Source of the DNA: Takakia lepidozioides
Taxonomy: Eukaryota > Plantae > Bryophyta
Direction of reading: 5' to 3'
DNA length: 64,000 bases
NCBI GenBank assembly: GCA_030704615.1
Contig: CM060731.1
Span: 51,646,001-51,710,000 of the forward strand
The notes under the pieces are model-generated. The model worked only from the letters and a program-made list of their open reading frames with translations. It was not told where the DNA came from and did no database searches. This document shows positions 24,448 through 37,633 of the stretch, piece after piece; position 1 is the stretch's first letter; every line of letters begins with the position of its first letter. Position numbers and translations under genes: made by a program.

Positions 24448-27037
24448 GTGATAGTACTCCTAAAGCACCACCATGTACACATTTGCCAGGGTTTGTTCCG
24501 CGTGGAGTTTTGTCCTCCGCCCAACTTGCAGGGCAAGGTTTTCTCCACACAGGTTTTTTGAATTTTCATCCCTCTTGTATCAGGTGTCATGTGCCATAGA
24601 ATTTAGTGCTTACCTCTAGTTTAGGTTCAGTTTTTGGTTCCATGCTCGCAGGGGCTCGCATTATTTGGAAGGCCCAGCATACTTCACATATGTGGGGCTG
24701 GGATTGCCCCTTTGGATATTATTCTCCCTTAATGGAGGGACAGGGGATGGGTAGTTGGAAAGCAATGTAGATGAGCTGAAGGAAGTTAATGTTAAGCTTA
24801 TTTCGTTGATGGAGGTTGTCCACTATGACAATCCTACATGGCCTATTATTTAGATTAGGTTTTCAATTCTTTAACCTGGAAGCGTCAAGGGCCTTCATAG
24901 GTGGTTATGCTCTTGTGTCCGAGAGTCTTGTGCACCGTAGTGGGGTAAATGGCATTATGGGCCACAACTTTTTGTCTTACGTGTGTTGGATGAATGTGTG
25001 AGAGTGAGTGCGAGTAGATGTTTGGATTGAAGCGGTTAGGTGAATCCTCCCCTATTTGCAAGCATAGTTATGTGACTATATCCCCGTAAACTAGTCCTGC
25101 CAGTCACTTCAAGAGAAAGAAAAATATAATCCCTAGGACGAGAAAATTCTAAAAAATATATTTATAAATAAATAAACTGGTCATTTGTCTGATTGGTTGT
25201 GCAGGGAGGGACCAACCATTAAGCTAAAGAGAGGGATGCCGTGCATGCATACGATCCAACACCTTGTAAAACACCTTATGCATTTACAACTAGCATATAG
25301 GCGAGCATGTCTCTCAAGAGTAAAAACAATCTCTCTCTCTCTCTCTCTCTCTCATATTAGCTTCTAATCACATTAGTATTACATTTTGGTCTTATTATTG
25401 GTTATGTTTATACAATTTATTCTTATCTTACCGCTAGAACTATATGGAGCTTATGGCTAGCCTCAAGCTAGCTCGAGTAGCCTTTATGGTGCACTCAACA
25501 GTTTTTAAGAGAAAATCAATGAAGAGGGGAGTAAACATTTGCTAACAAATGACACTTGACATTTGCCAGTGTGCACAAGTAGGGGAGTAAAATTTTCTTA
25601 ACATATATAATAGTTCAGGGGGCCTGATTTGTGAGCTGTCGCTCCCAGGTGTTTCTCTTTAAAAATATAAATAAAAAATAGTTTAACGTTTTTAGAGGTG
25701 ATATTTATCCAGGGCAGACTGGACACAAGTCACAAATCTCAAAAAATCTTTAAAAACTATTATAAAATGACCTTGAGATGCATGGCACTTTTAGAAAACA
25801 AATTCCCTTGGGGCTGGGGCTCTGCTCTTGTAATGCCTCTATGGCTCAGAAAGGGGGTTTATTGTTTATTTCCCTCTCAAGGCCCAGTTGCTGGGGCTGG
25901 TGTTTCCTTGGAGTTTTTTTAAAATTAATTTACAATAAAAAATAAAAGACTTGAGAAGTTGAGACATGTTCATTTGCACGGATATAGCTGCTAACTCGTG
26001 TTAGTCCGCGGCAATAGGATATTTGGTTTGGTGGGATGTGATGGATTGTAATGATTGTGACACGGCTCACAAGCACACGGCTCTGCATTTCCGATATTGC
26101 ATTCGGAAGTTGCTAGGTGGTCAACATCAGCCCCAAAGATCTCATGCTCTTCTCACTGATGGATGAGTCACTGACAGTTACATTGGAGAACCTGTGAATT
26201 GACTACCATGTTATTTAGTTTAGGTCATCTGTGCTGATAGCTAGTTTAGGATTCCTACAATGGGGTACTCCACTCTTTACACACAATCGATGATACACAA
26301 TGCAGTTTCAACTGTGACTCTTCTATTCAATTAATTTCATCAAAAGGGCCTTGTCCCCTTTCTTTAAAAAAAAGAAAAAAAGTTTCAGTTTCAATATGTG
26401 CGACCATCCGTTCCCAACCAATCAACCAAATGTACTCTAGTTCAATGGAGCTTACCCCAGAAAAAAGGCAAATAGTAGCCGCAAGGCGAAGTGGCTATTA
26501 CTTATGCGGCTTCCTCCGGGGTGTTCTTCTAGTTGGATTGGTTAAGTACGTGTGGATGGTCCGTAAAGGATTTTGAGCTGTAAAATGGGTTCATGTCACT
26601 TTGCTTCGTGTAACCTTCATGCATACTTAGTGTTAGGATTTCTTAGTTTCTAGCCTGCGGGTGCTGGTTAATGTCTTCGTTCAAACCTGTGTACTTACAA
26701 TGGCAGATGAAATAGTGTTCTTGTAACTTTCTGTGGATCTGCTAGAATACCTATGTAGCATTCCTCTCGCGTGTGATTCTGGTCCTCTTTGCAATTCAGA
26801 AATAAATAAATAAATAAAAATTCAAAAGCTCTAAAATAAAGTGCATCCAAGGGCCAAAATAAAACATAAAAAAACTCTAGATCTATTTAACCCAAAACCC
26901 CATCAGTGGAATATACCCTGGAACAGAAATATGGACTATGTAACCGGCTCGAGGCCATGGGTTATATCGCATGTAGCCGAGGCGCGGTAGCGCCGAAGCT
27001 GCAGGCGGTAACCCATTGGCCTCGAGCCGGTTACCGG

Positions 27038-27270
27038 ACATAACCGGTTTTTCGAAACATCGAGAGTGACAGTTCATCCATATACAGCCCGGTTATCGAT
27101 TCTCGATGTGACAGTCATCCATGCGCAGCCCGGTTATCGATTTTTTACATCCATGCACAGCCAAGGTTATCAAATCTTGTGAGGATTGCAGGTTACCGCC
27201 TGTAACCAGCGTCCAGTGAGCCAGTCGTTTGAAGACACGTACTCGAGATGCTTCGAAAAACCGGTTATGT
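27038..27270. repeat. Foldback element: 24-bp inverted repeats enclosing three ~26-bp direct repeats
   Basis: ACATAACCGGTTTTTCGAAACATC (27038-27061) vs 27247-27270 (23/24 match as reverse complement). Internal CATCCAT....AGCC..GTTATC copies at ~27075, 27116 and 27148. Confidence 0.75.
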
Positions 27271-28397
27271 ATTTACATCCATTTCTCCCCAGACAAAAAA
27301 AGAAATACGGAAAAAGAAAATAGTAGCGGCAGAGAACGGGCCTCAAAGTGTCCGCCGCCTCAGCGCGCGGATGAGTCACTGTCTTAAATTAAAAAAGAAA
27401 GAAAACTAAAAAGAGAAGAAGACAGAAAAGGGAGGTATCTGTGTGAGGAGGCGAGCAGCGTTTCACACAGCGAAGCCTCCACTCCCACCTGCTGCCTCAA
27501 TTCCTTCTTGTTGCAAACAGGAACCGGAGATTTACATCATTAAGGCCTGCGCATCCATGTTATAGCGGCCAGAAGGATCTCCAATTCCAGGCTCAGTCTA
27601 CGAAACAGTAGGAGAAGAACAAAGTTCTGAGCTTGCCTAGATTTGCAGCAGAGAAAATAGTAGAAGAAAAGTACGGGGCGACGATTGCGTGCAGTCGGTG
27701 CGGTCGAATTGTAAGTGCAGCTCTTTCCAGACTCAGTTCTTGCAGTATAGACTCTAGCCCGGACCTTGAAATGAGTGTTACTCTGACCTTATCTTTATCG
27801 TTCGGGTTGACTGACCTGTTGGCGGCTGCCTGCTGCACGGTGTTTTTAAACGGGATCTCTCATATGTTTGTCACTTTCTGACCTCTCTCTCCTCTCCCTC
27901 AAAGAAGTTGAAGACAATTTGACTAGTTTTTATGTTGTTTTGTAAGATTTTGATTATGATGGGATGGATGCTATACCCTAGATTGTACCCACGGGCAGCA
28001 AGCTGCATTTCCTTTCTGAGCTTACTGGTTTCAGATTGTTTTTCTCCTTAGGAACAAACGACAGCGCTCTTTCTTGCCGTCCAGACCATCCTCGGCTGTG
28101 AATACCGGAAGGACGGGAGTTTCCAAAGGGCAGCGTCACCCTTACCAAGGGAGATTGTCACTTTGAAGGTAATTGCGATAGGACATTAAGCTGGTCCCAG
28201 GGAAAATATCTACGACTATAATCATCATATTTATCTTCCTACCATCAAGCCTCATAGTTTTGGCTTCTCTGTTCCCTTTCCGAAGTGGCCGTAGAGTATT
28301 AAAGTGGTTCTCGCAATAGCCTTGATCTTGGTTATGTGCAATTTAGATGTCGAGTAAAGACTGTTTACTCATTTTTGGGCGCTTATTTCGATTTAAG

Positions 28398-28952
28398 ATA
28401 TTCGTTTCTTCCACTAATCGTTTGGGATTGTTCTGTCGTCTCCGTCAGATTTGTCTTCATGTCATTTGGTTTTCTTTTTCAGCTGTAGTGGTGTTTATTA
28501 TTCGTTCTTCTTAATTCGTTTCTTTCGCCGAAGTAATCGATTGGGATTGTTCAGTGGTCTCCATCAGATTTGTCTCTATTCCTGTTCATGGTGTCATTTG
28601 GTTTTCTTTTTCTCTGCAGTAGTGTAATTGCAAGAGAATGTAGGCCCACCTGCCTTGTTGTATCCTTCTCAAAAGTCTTTATGTCATGTGATTCCTCTAC
28701 TCTCCCCCCCCTCTCTCTCTCTCTCTCTCTCTCATCTGAGAGAGAGAAAACCCGGATTAATTCTTTATATGGAGGTAAGTCTTACTACCACCTCAGCCCC
28801 TGACAGAGGTAGGTTCTGTCCCTTTTGTTCCCGCTCAAACTGGGCGCGGCTACGGCAAACAACGTCTTATGAGTACAATCTCTCTCATCTGAACTTGCCA
28901 CAAGGCTACGGCAAGGAACGTCTTATGAGTACATTCTCTCCTCTGAACTTGG
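28398..28952. repeat. Two local tandem duplications upstream of the SAD coding region
   Basis: A ~110-bp unit (TAATCG.TTGGGATTGTTC...GTCATTTGGTTTTCTTTTTC) occurs twice at 28398-28625, and a ~56-bp unit (GGCTACGGCAA..AACGTCTTATGAGTACA..CTGAACTTG) twice at 28848-28952. Confidence 0.75.
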
Positions 28953-29126
28953 TTCTTGGTTATTTTCTGATGCACCTTGAATTTCAGTGATAGGTTTGTT
29001 GAGTCTGTTTCCATGCACCTTTTGAAAAGGCTGGTTTCCTAAGAAATAGAAGTTCTCCAACTGGTTTTCAGGTTTCTGTATATTCACATCGGGTCTCTTG
29101 GCCAGCACCTTCAAATTGAATTGAAG

Positions 29127-30785
29127 ATGGCAGTGATGGCCATGTCTGTACCTACCGGAATAGTGACGAGGACTGCAACATCATCTGACAGTTCAAACAA
29201 TGTTCCATCATGTGCACCAAGTGTAAGGCTGGTACCCTCAACAATGAAAGGAACCACCTTGGGAGTAAAGAATTTTAGCAGGCCTGGTGCTAGACCTGCG
29301 AAACCTCTCATGGTCACCATGACGGCGACTCTCCCATCAAAATCCATGTAAGGTCCCTTTTGATGAAGTCTACTGTGGTTGGGGTTTTTTGTTGTGATGG
29401 GACTACTCATATTTATCATTTCCTGTTTCAATATTGTCTTTTCTCAGTGCAGAAGTTATTACTGTTAAGGATCATGGATGTTTTCTTTTGCCTAAAGGCA
29501 GTTGTTACGATTGGCTGTGCACGTGGCAGTAATATGTAGCAGTTCTGATCATCCATTCCATTTTACCCACACCTGCAGGGAAGCTGATCTAAATGATGGC
29601 AGGAGTGCACCTAGAGAGACGCATTCCAAGATCATGCACTCTTTGGCCCCTGAGAAGATGGAATTGTTTAAATCACTTGAAGGGTGGGCTGAAACTACTC
29701 TTTTGCCTTACCTTAAGCCTGTTGAAAAATGCTGGCAGCCCCAAGATTACCTTCCTGAGCCCTCTTCAGAAAATTTCTTGGATGAGGTAAAGGAGCTGCG
29801 GGAGAGAGCTGCATGTCTACCTGATGACTACCTGGTGTGTTTGGTGGGAGACATGATCACCGAGGAAGCTCTACCAACCTACCAAACAATGCTCAATACT
29901 CTAGATGGGACCCGCGATGAGACAGGTGCCAGCCCTACTCCCTGGGGCATCTGGACACGAGCTTGGACGGCTGAGGAGAACAGGCATGGTGATGTGCTGA
30001 ACAAGTATCTGTACCTAACAGGTCGAGTGGATATGAGACAGATTGAGAAGACCATTCAATATTTGATTGGATCTGGCATGGTGTGTTCTGCTGACCCCTG
30101 TAGAGTTCAGGAACCACACTGCGGAATGCTGTCTTTTCACCTTTCTGATGTTTTTGGAAGATGCTTGAATTTGCATGTTCTCTAATTTCCATTTTGCAAT
30201 GTATGTATCTGATTGCAGGACCCGCAAACCGAAAACAATCCCTACTTAGGTTTTGTTTACACGGCCTTCCAGGAGCGAGCAACCTTTATCTCCCATGGTA
30301 ATACTGCGCGACATGCTAAGTTCCATGGTGACTCCAAACTGGCCACTATCTGTGGACTCATTGCCGCAGATGAGAGACGTCATGAGAATGCATACACCAA
30401 GATTGTGGAGAAGCTTTTTGAGCTGGACCCTGATGGGGCCATGCTGGCATTTGCTGATATGATGAGGAAGAAGATTGCTATGCCAGCACACCTGATGTAT
30501 GATGGACAGAATGAGCACCTTTTTGATGATTTTTCTCTGGTGGCCCAGAGGACTGGGGTATATACTGCTCGGGACTATGCGGACATCATGGAGCACCTGG
30601 TAAACAGGTGGAATGTCGCAAGTATCCAAGGGCTCTCCAGCGGGGGTCAGAGGGCACAAGATTATGTTTGTTCGTTGCCACCTCGCATCCGGAAGCTTGA
30701 GGAGCGGGCACAGTCTAAGGTGAAGAAGGGTCCAAAGACTGGAAGTTTTAGCTGGATTTTCAACAGGGAAGTGGCTCTTCTGTGA
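29127..30785 (+). CDS. SAD: Stearoyl-[acyl-carrier-protein] delta-9 desaturase, plastid; exons 29127-29347, 29579-30080, 30219-30785
   Basis: Transit-peptide-like exon 1; [31 protein letters not shown] and AADERRHE di-iron motifs; GT-AG introns join in frame. Confidence 0.97.
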
Positions 30786-32760
30786 GTCAAAGGCAATGCT
30801 CAATCCCCATGCAACTGTGTTCTGCTGGTGCTAACTGAAGTGTGTCCTAGTGTACATTGTGCTCATCTAGTTGGACAGGAGCTGTAAAACACATTAGGTT
30901 AGTTTACTTTTCCTGGTCCTGGTATTAAGCTTTACCTGACCACAGACAAGACCACTCAGTTGGTTGGTGGTTTGATCTTCATGGGTCTGTCCACCCTTTC
31001 TTATAGATCTACCTAGCGTGAATGTGTGCTTTGTGTATGAGGGACTTCGTGGCAGGCATAGAAGGGAGATTTTCCGGTCTATAGCTTTCCAGGCAAACAA
31101 CGAGAGTTTTTGAAGGTGGAATCTACCTCGCTCCAATATTTCTAGGATATTTGCGTTTCAGGAATCGGGAATTGTACAGAAAAGTTCCAGTAGCAGGTAG
31201 TGCTGCTTATGTAAGGGGGACTGAGCTTGGCAGGCAGCAGGTAAGAAAACTGTAAGCTAGGGTCAAAATGGATCAATGTACTGCCATTTTTACCCTCCAG
31301 ATACTGAGTTGCTTCCATATTGTCCACCGTCCTGACTGTTGTTGAGTCACAAGGTCAATGTACACTCACAAAACAATTTCTGTTTTGTGTTTGTTTGTGC
31401 TTTGTTCATCTGTTTTGGATTCTTGTCCTTAAGAAGTCATACATTTTCTTTCTTTTCTTTATATCCGTCCTATGGCTGCTAGACCTAGCAAATCGACAGG
31501 TATGGGCTTTTGAGGAAATCCTGGAGCAGGCCAGGAAGATGTGACTGGTTGGTGGCACGGACCGAATCCCGGGATCAATTTCCAGGAACAAGCAGATTTC
31601 TATTTTGCTTTTGCACCTCATCAATTCAAACCACCAAGTTTTCATTATACACATGAGAAGAAAAACAATGTCATACTTTTAGGCTACTATCATTTGTTGT
31701 CAAGAGCAGGATTGTGTATTAGTGTAAATCCTTTATAAATGCATTATGCTTTACTGATAGAGAAAACTATCCTAATATGGATGCCGGTGTCTCTAGTCTC
31801 TACCTTCATTCCCTAGGTACCTTCTCTTTCTATTTCTGCATGGGCACAGCCTGCTGTACAGAGGCTGTCAGTATATCACTATTTTTAAGATCATCATGAG
31901 TTTAAACGTTCAAACCTCCCTCACCCCACTTTGCAGGACGATGCAGAGATTTTGGCATTCATACTGTGCACTGTCTGGACCAGTGTAGAATTTGTGTGGT
32001 CTGCTAAACATGCGGTAAACACTGTTAACTTATTGAGGTCAGGCTCATCTCAGACTATTGAAAGCCTTAGTAGTACCATGTTTGAGGGCTGAAGCCCTTA
32101 CACCATGCAACCTCCAGCATAGGGGTGATGGACTGCACCAAAGAACTCTTGCACTGAAACTACATTGAATGTTGAGTAGATTCTCGTTCACTTCAGTGTA
32201 GCTTGCTGAAGGAGGTACGGGTCTCGGACAAGACACCAAGAATGTAACGTTCCTCGGTGAGATCTTGAACACACATGCAAGTGATATCCTTTTCCAAAGA
32301 ATAAGCTTCCTCATTAGCATGGTCAGATCTTCCGGGTGTTGTTCTAGGTGAAGTTGCACTCTGGATACAGTTTCCTGAACTCAAGAATAATGAACACAAG
32401 GAAGCGATATGGTGGTTATTACGTATTCGGAAGAACCCTAAAAATAACAATTATAAAGGGCACCTCGCAAAGAAGGGGCACCTCACAAAGAAGGGAGTAA
32501 CACAAAATACATACCTTTGTAAAATCTTGGGGAGTACAAAAATTCTAACAAAGAGAAACAATGGTTATCGCGGCAAACGCTCAGGACAACCGCGTTCACA
32601 GGCTTTTGCAAATCTGGAAGCATAAGTCCAACGATCCTCCCTTGGAAAATGCACTGTGGACAAGTCTACAACTTCGCAATGGGTAACCTACAAGAGTAGC
32701 ATACCAGTCTACTGAAGACATGAGATTTTTCAAGTCTCATGCAATGAGCTCAAAAGGACA

Positions 32761-34698
32761 CTACCTGAAAGATTCAACCAGTATCCATTCCAAGGCTCGA
32801 GCAACTGTGAGTAGTTTCATGTAGTGCATGCCTGCAAACCGCGATGATATACCTTGCACTGATGTTAATATGATTGGGGATTGCACATCCACAAGGTCTG
32901 TTCCATCCGTAGCAGGTGTGAAGGTGACATCACCCTCAATCCAGGTTGTTGCCTTCTGTGCAAGCAGATCTTCCACAAATCTAAGCTTCTTGCCATGATG
33001 CAGAAACTTAGTTCTTGACACTTCAGACACCAATGCAAGAGCCCTATCCAAGGTTTTGGCATTGAGATCTGCTGCCAATACTATGCCTTCTCCAGATGTG
33101 CTGTTCTCATTGGCGATGACACCAAATGCTAGAGACAATGCCTCGCAGCTTTTCATCTTGACCCACAAGTTGCTGATATTACCATACTTCTCACATGATG
33201 CAAGGTAGGTTGTGATATAGACTTGTTCCTGCTTTGAATCAATCCATGGTTTTGAATACACAAAATTGTCTACGAAGTCATGTTGGATCGCTATCACGTT
33301 ATCTTCAGTAATCTGTGGCAAACCAGCAACTTGCAATTGGGTTGCAATGGCATCGTTCCTTTGCTTAGCCATGGCTGTCCAGAAAGGTCGATAAGAATCA
33401 TGAGTTTGCTTCACAGCTTTTGTCAGCGTGGCCAACCCTTGGGCACCTACAGCCCGCTCAGGGCCTTCCACCTGCACTGCCAAGAATGCAGCCACAATTT
33501 TTGCTGATTCGGACCTGGCAACCTCAATAGGAATGTCTGCATCGAGGTCCCCCCTTGTATAGTTGACTATTCCATGACTAAACTGGGAATGGTTCATACC
33601 GGGTATAATCACAACTGGCTTTACCCCGTAAGTGTTGTAATCACCCATGGCAGGTTCAGTCTCCACGATTTCACCTGCATGTTTGGCTATGGCTGCCAAG
33701 GTGATCTGGCCATCAAGGGACCCACTCATTGTGAGAACGGGCTTGGGATACTGTGCCAGGTTATCCCGGTCAGGGTCGATACGGCTACCCAATTGAATGA
33801 AGCCCTGAGCTTTTTTTAGCGCCACTTCTCTGGCCTCCCAGGCCCCCAAGCTGCCACCAATTCCAAATCAGTTTGCAATCAGTTTTCACAACCAAACACC
33901 GAGTAGCAAATGTTTGGAAAGAGCTGCAAAATCCAAATCTATAATGGTACCGCTGTCACTAAAACAAGGTCCAGATGCAGTATGTCCAGGAAAGAATGTC
34001 CATGTACCATCTACCTATGGCGTATAACTCTTGTCCCAGAAGAGTGACACGTTGCCTTTAAGCCCATGGTGGTTCCTCATGGAAGACCATCTGGGTACAG
34101 GCTCAGGGGATAAGATGCGGTGTCTTAATCTACATTCGGGCAGGACAATAGTCTAGCTTCATTCAAAATTTTCATTGATTGTTGTTTGCTGAGGATCCTT
34201 GACCTTCTTCTCGGACTGTTTGACTGTAGACCTTGAGATCCTACTTTCCTTCATTGATGTAACGGAGCAAAATGATTTAGTGCACCTGGATTGGCATGAT
34301 GCTACAAGATTGTGAGGCTAAAGCTTTCATAAAATGATTGATTCTCTGACTCCATTGCTACAGAGGGTAGTTTTTATCATTCCTTCTGTATGTCTTTGTA
34401 TCTTTCTCCCAAGTGGAGGCACGCACCTGTGTCCTCCGATGAAAACGTTGGTCATTTCAAGCTCCCCCGGCCGAAATCCCTTCTCTTTCACTCTCTGGAG
34501 CACACCATTGAAACTGCTTTCAACTATGGAGGTGGTTAGAAACTCCTTCTCCGTGTTTCTCAATACCACCACCCACAGCCTGAGGCGTAGCTGAGACTGA
34601 ATGGATTGAAGTAGAGGCACATAGTCCTCGGTGGCCGTCAGAGCCCCGGGGCAGAAAATTAGCAGCGCATCTGTATCTCCCTCGTAAACTGGCTCCAT
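32761..34698 (-). CDS. Alpha/beta hydrolase fold protein (Abhydrolase_5-like); exons 34698-34427 and 33850-32761, further 5' exon(s) likely at ~34.9-35.5 kb
   Basis: LIFCPGA oxyanion region; GHSLG nucleophile elbow rebuilt across the intron (GGH-AG|C-TTG); LSGSLD-type Asp region (TMSGSLDG); GMNHSQF catalytic His. Confidence 0.85.
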
Positions 34699-35710
34699 TA
34701 CCTGTGAGCATTTTCACAGGTACCGTTACAAACTCGCGCTTAAGAAAGTCTCTCGGAGGCAGAAATAGCCCGGGGAAGAGGGCGAGCTCACGAACCAGAA
34801 GCAAGTAGCCTCTAAGGCGTTAGAGAGAAAGACCCACATTTTCAATTGTCGCCTCAACCGCAAGCCCAGTCTCGACACAGCACAACAGCCTTAGATAGAG
34901 CTTCTCACGACATACTTTCGCAGGCTGTTAACTTTTCCAATTGCGGTTACCTGAACTCCTCCACGATATAGCATTCACATTTACTCCCAGCAGCATGTCA
35001 CCATGCGAACTCTCGCAGAATGCACAAAATTACTATTCTCCCACCTGGGGGATTCAGTCCTTCGACAATTTCCGATTTCTGAGCACTCAAAACTTTGACG
35101 CAAAGACCAGTGCCGAAGCTGCTTTTCTTCTGGACATGAGAGGGGAGCAAGAGGGATCTGAAGGAGAGAGAACATACGAGAGATTCAGCTGAAACATCAT
35201 CGGGAGAAGAAGCTTGAGACCGGGCCTTGGGAGTGGCGACAGTCACCCCAGGAGCTTCCACCGATCCCGCTCTCGCGCCAGAATCCATCAAAACCCGGTC
35301 AGAAGGAACAAAGTAACTCCACACTCGTTTCTCTGAAAAGCTCGGACGTGGGTAGAGCCCAATACCACTCCTTGCAATTGCTTCCCGATTCTTCTTACAG
35401 GGACAGGCCTGAAGGTTGTGTGAAGCCAGTACGAAGGATGTGGCGGACGTGACTTGGGTGGTAGCTAAGGAGTTAGCCAACCAGTCGTTCAGACAGGATA
35501 GACCCATCGAACACACTCTGCAACTACAAAGTAGGTGGGAAGCATTACACGAAAATTTTACGCACGGCCGTTTGTAAAGCCATCGCTAAGTAGTGTGTTT
35601 TATCGAGGGATGTCTCCTGCCGAGTAAGTTTTGGTGGTCGAGGATAGACTAGGATTTACCAAAGCATAACTTCGTACAGGACACCGAAAGGGCTTCTCGA
35701 AAGGCAGCAA

Positions 35711-36608
35711 TGGCGGGTCAGGCTGAGAGGAAGATGTACCTTCCTTCACTCATGCCAATTGTTCCAGTTTCTGAATGCCACTTGATTCACATCCTTTCGA
35801 TTAAATCTTTCCGATCCTTTTTTTCCTCTTAAGACAGCTTACATTTGATTTTTGTATGATGTTTGCTGGAAATCTGTGCTCTTGGGGTGCTTAATTATTA
35901 GGTCATGATCTTCGGTCTGGCGATGGTGGTGGAGTGGGTGATGGATCCGACTTGATGCTTGTGCTGCCTGTGTTCGGCCCATCCCTGCAGTTGTCTTGCG
36001 ACAAGTACTCTGGAATGCGGATAATTCAAATCCTGTTCACATATCTGGAACACCTGCCTGTCTTGATTCTTGAGACTTTTCTTCATGTTGCCTGAATTTT
36101 CTTTCCTTTCTGTACTGAGAAGAAATCTGAGGACTTGGGTTGAAGAGTTGGAGAAGGAGCGGAAGCGCGTAGCTTCCCAATGGCCATAGTCGCCTCCCGC
36201 CATGAACGTCATCAAGGCATCTCGGCGTGGCCTCACTGGCGTCGCCGAAGGTACGCTGCTTGCAAGTCTGGCCCTATGCTGAGACCTTTATGAAGGTGTA
36301 GGCTGTTCAGTCTGTACCCAAACCGCATGGCATTGAGGTATATTTCAAACAGTTTCAAGCGGATTGCGGGACAGTGGAGACTAATGGAGGAGCCTGAGGT
36401 TTATGGAGGCTACCTCGAGGTGAAGAACAAGGAGAGGACACGCCCGCTCTCCGTGACATTGAGGAACGAAATTGCCAACAGAGAGCACCTCATTGGCCGT
36501 GTGGGTCGTTACCTGGCGATCGAGTACCTGGATACTGCAAGCATTTTGGCAAAATGCAACCTCAAATTCTGCCTTGATGTGCCAAACTCAGATGACACAA
36601 ACTGGTAA
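35711..36608 (+). pseudogene. Degenerate or unresolved gene of unknown function
   Basis: Protein-like segments (RNLRTWVEELEKERKRVASQWP*; MALRYISNSFKRIAGQWRLMEEPEVYGGYLEV...) broken by stops; family not recognised. Confidence 0.3.
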
Positions 36609-37633
36609 GCAAGGTGTATCATACTAAAAAGGGGGCAAGCTTTCTTTTCCTACAAAAGAGGACAAACAGACACTGAGAGATGGGCTAGGAGTCTTGCAGA
36701 AAGGAGCATTTTCAAATGTTAGCTTGATGTCTGCAGTGACGAGAAATCTTGGCCGCTTCTTCTGAGTTAGTGGTGTGCAATACGTCATGACTATCTAATG
36801 GTGTCTTGGGTTACCTAAGGTTAGTCAACGAGTGCCTAACATTGTGCATCTATAGCTGGTTGTGTCTGGCAAAAAAGACTATTATCTTAGTGAGAAAAGC
36901 CACAGGTGGATAAATTATCTTTGTACTACTTGAACTACCACTGTCACCCTTAATTGCAGACAGACAGCTGATATAGACCAGATTGGGATGGCAGGGTGCG
37001 GTTGGAGATTCGGGAAACTGTTTCTCAGAGTGCAGGGCACTGTGTGAAGCAAGGGTACATCACATATGTTAGAGGGTGGCTGGCTGTAGATGCATATGTC
37101 AACAAAGCCAGCATTCCTCGAAGAAATTCCCAGGTCAGTATTATTTCCTCTGTCTGCTAACTGCTGAAAAGCTGCGCTGGAGTGGACCACATCTGTGGCG
37201 AGTCTCCCTTGCTGACATATACATGTATCCTTCTGTCTTTACCAGATACTTAATTGAAAGCCTACAATACCTTCTCCAATGAGCCCCAGTCAGGTAAGAG
37301 TCACCTAACTATTTTGAAGAGCTAGGTCCCCTTAATAGAGACTCAAGAATAGCAAATTTCTCAGCTTCTTGTAGTTCCTGCAATCAGGTCGCGCAAAGAG
37401 CACAGAACAACTTTGGCAGGAGGTCTTCTCAGATGCTTCAAAATGGTGGGACAACAGGTTTGATCAGGTGAGGGAATCTTTCAGTTAGTATTAAAGGAGG
37501 ACTTTCAATTGAAGCTGGAATGGTGTTGGTAGATTGGATTGTGTTGCCCGTCCTCACGTTACTGATAATTGTGCTTTTCCTTGTGAGAAAGCACCGAAAA
37601 AGTCTTGACTGTTGTCAGCAGGATGTTCAATAG

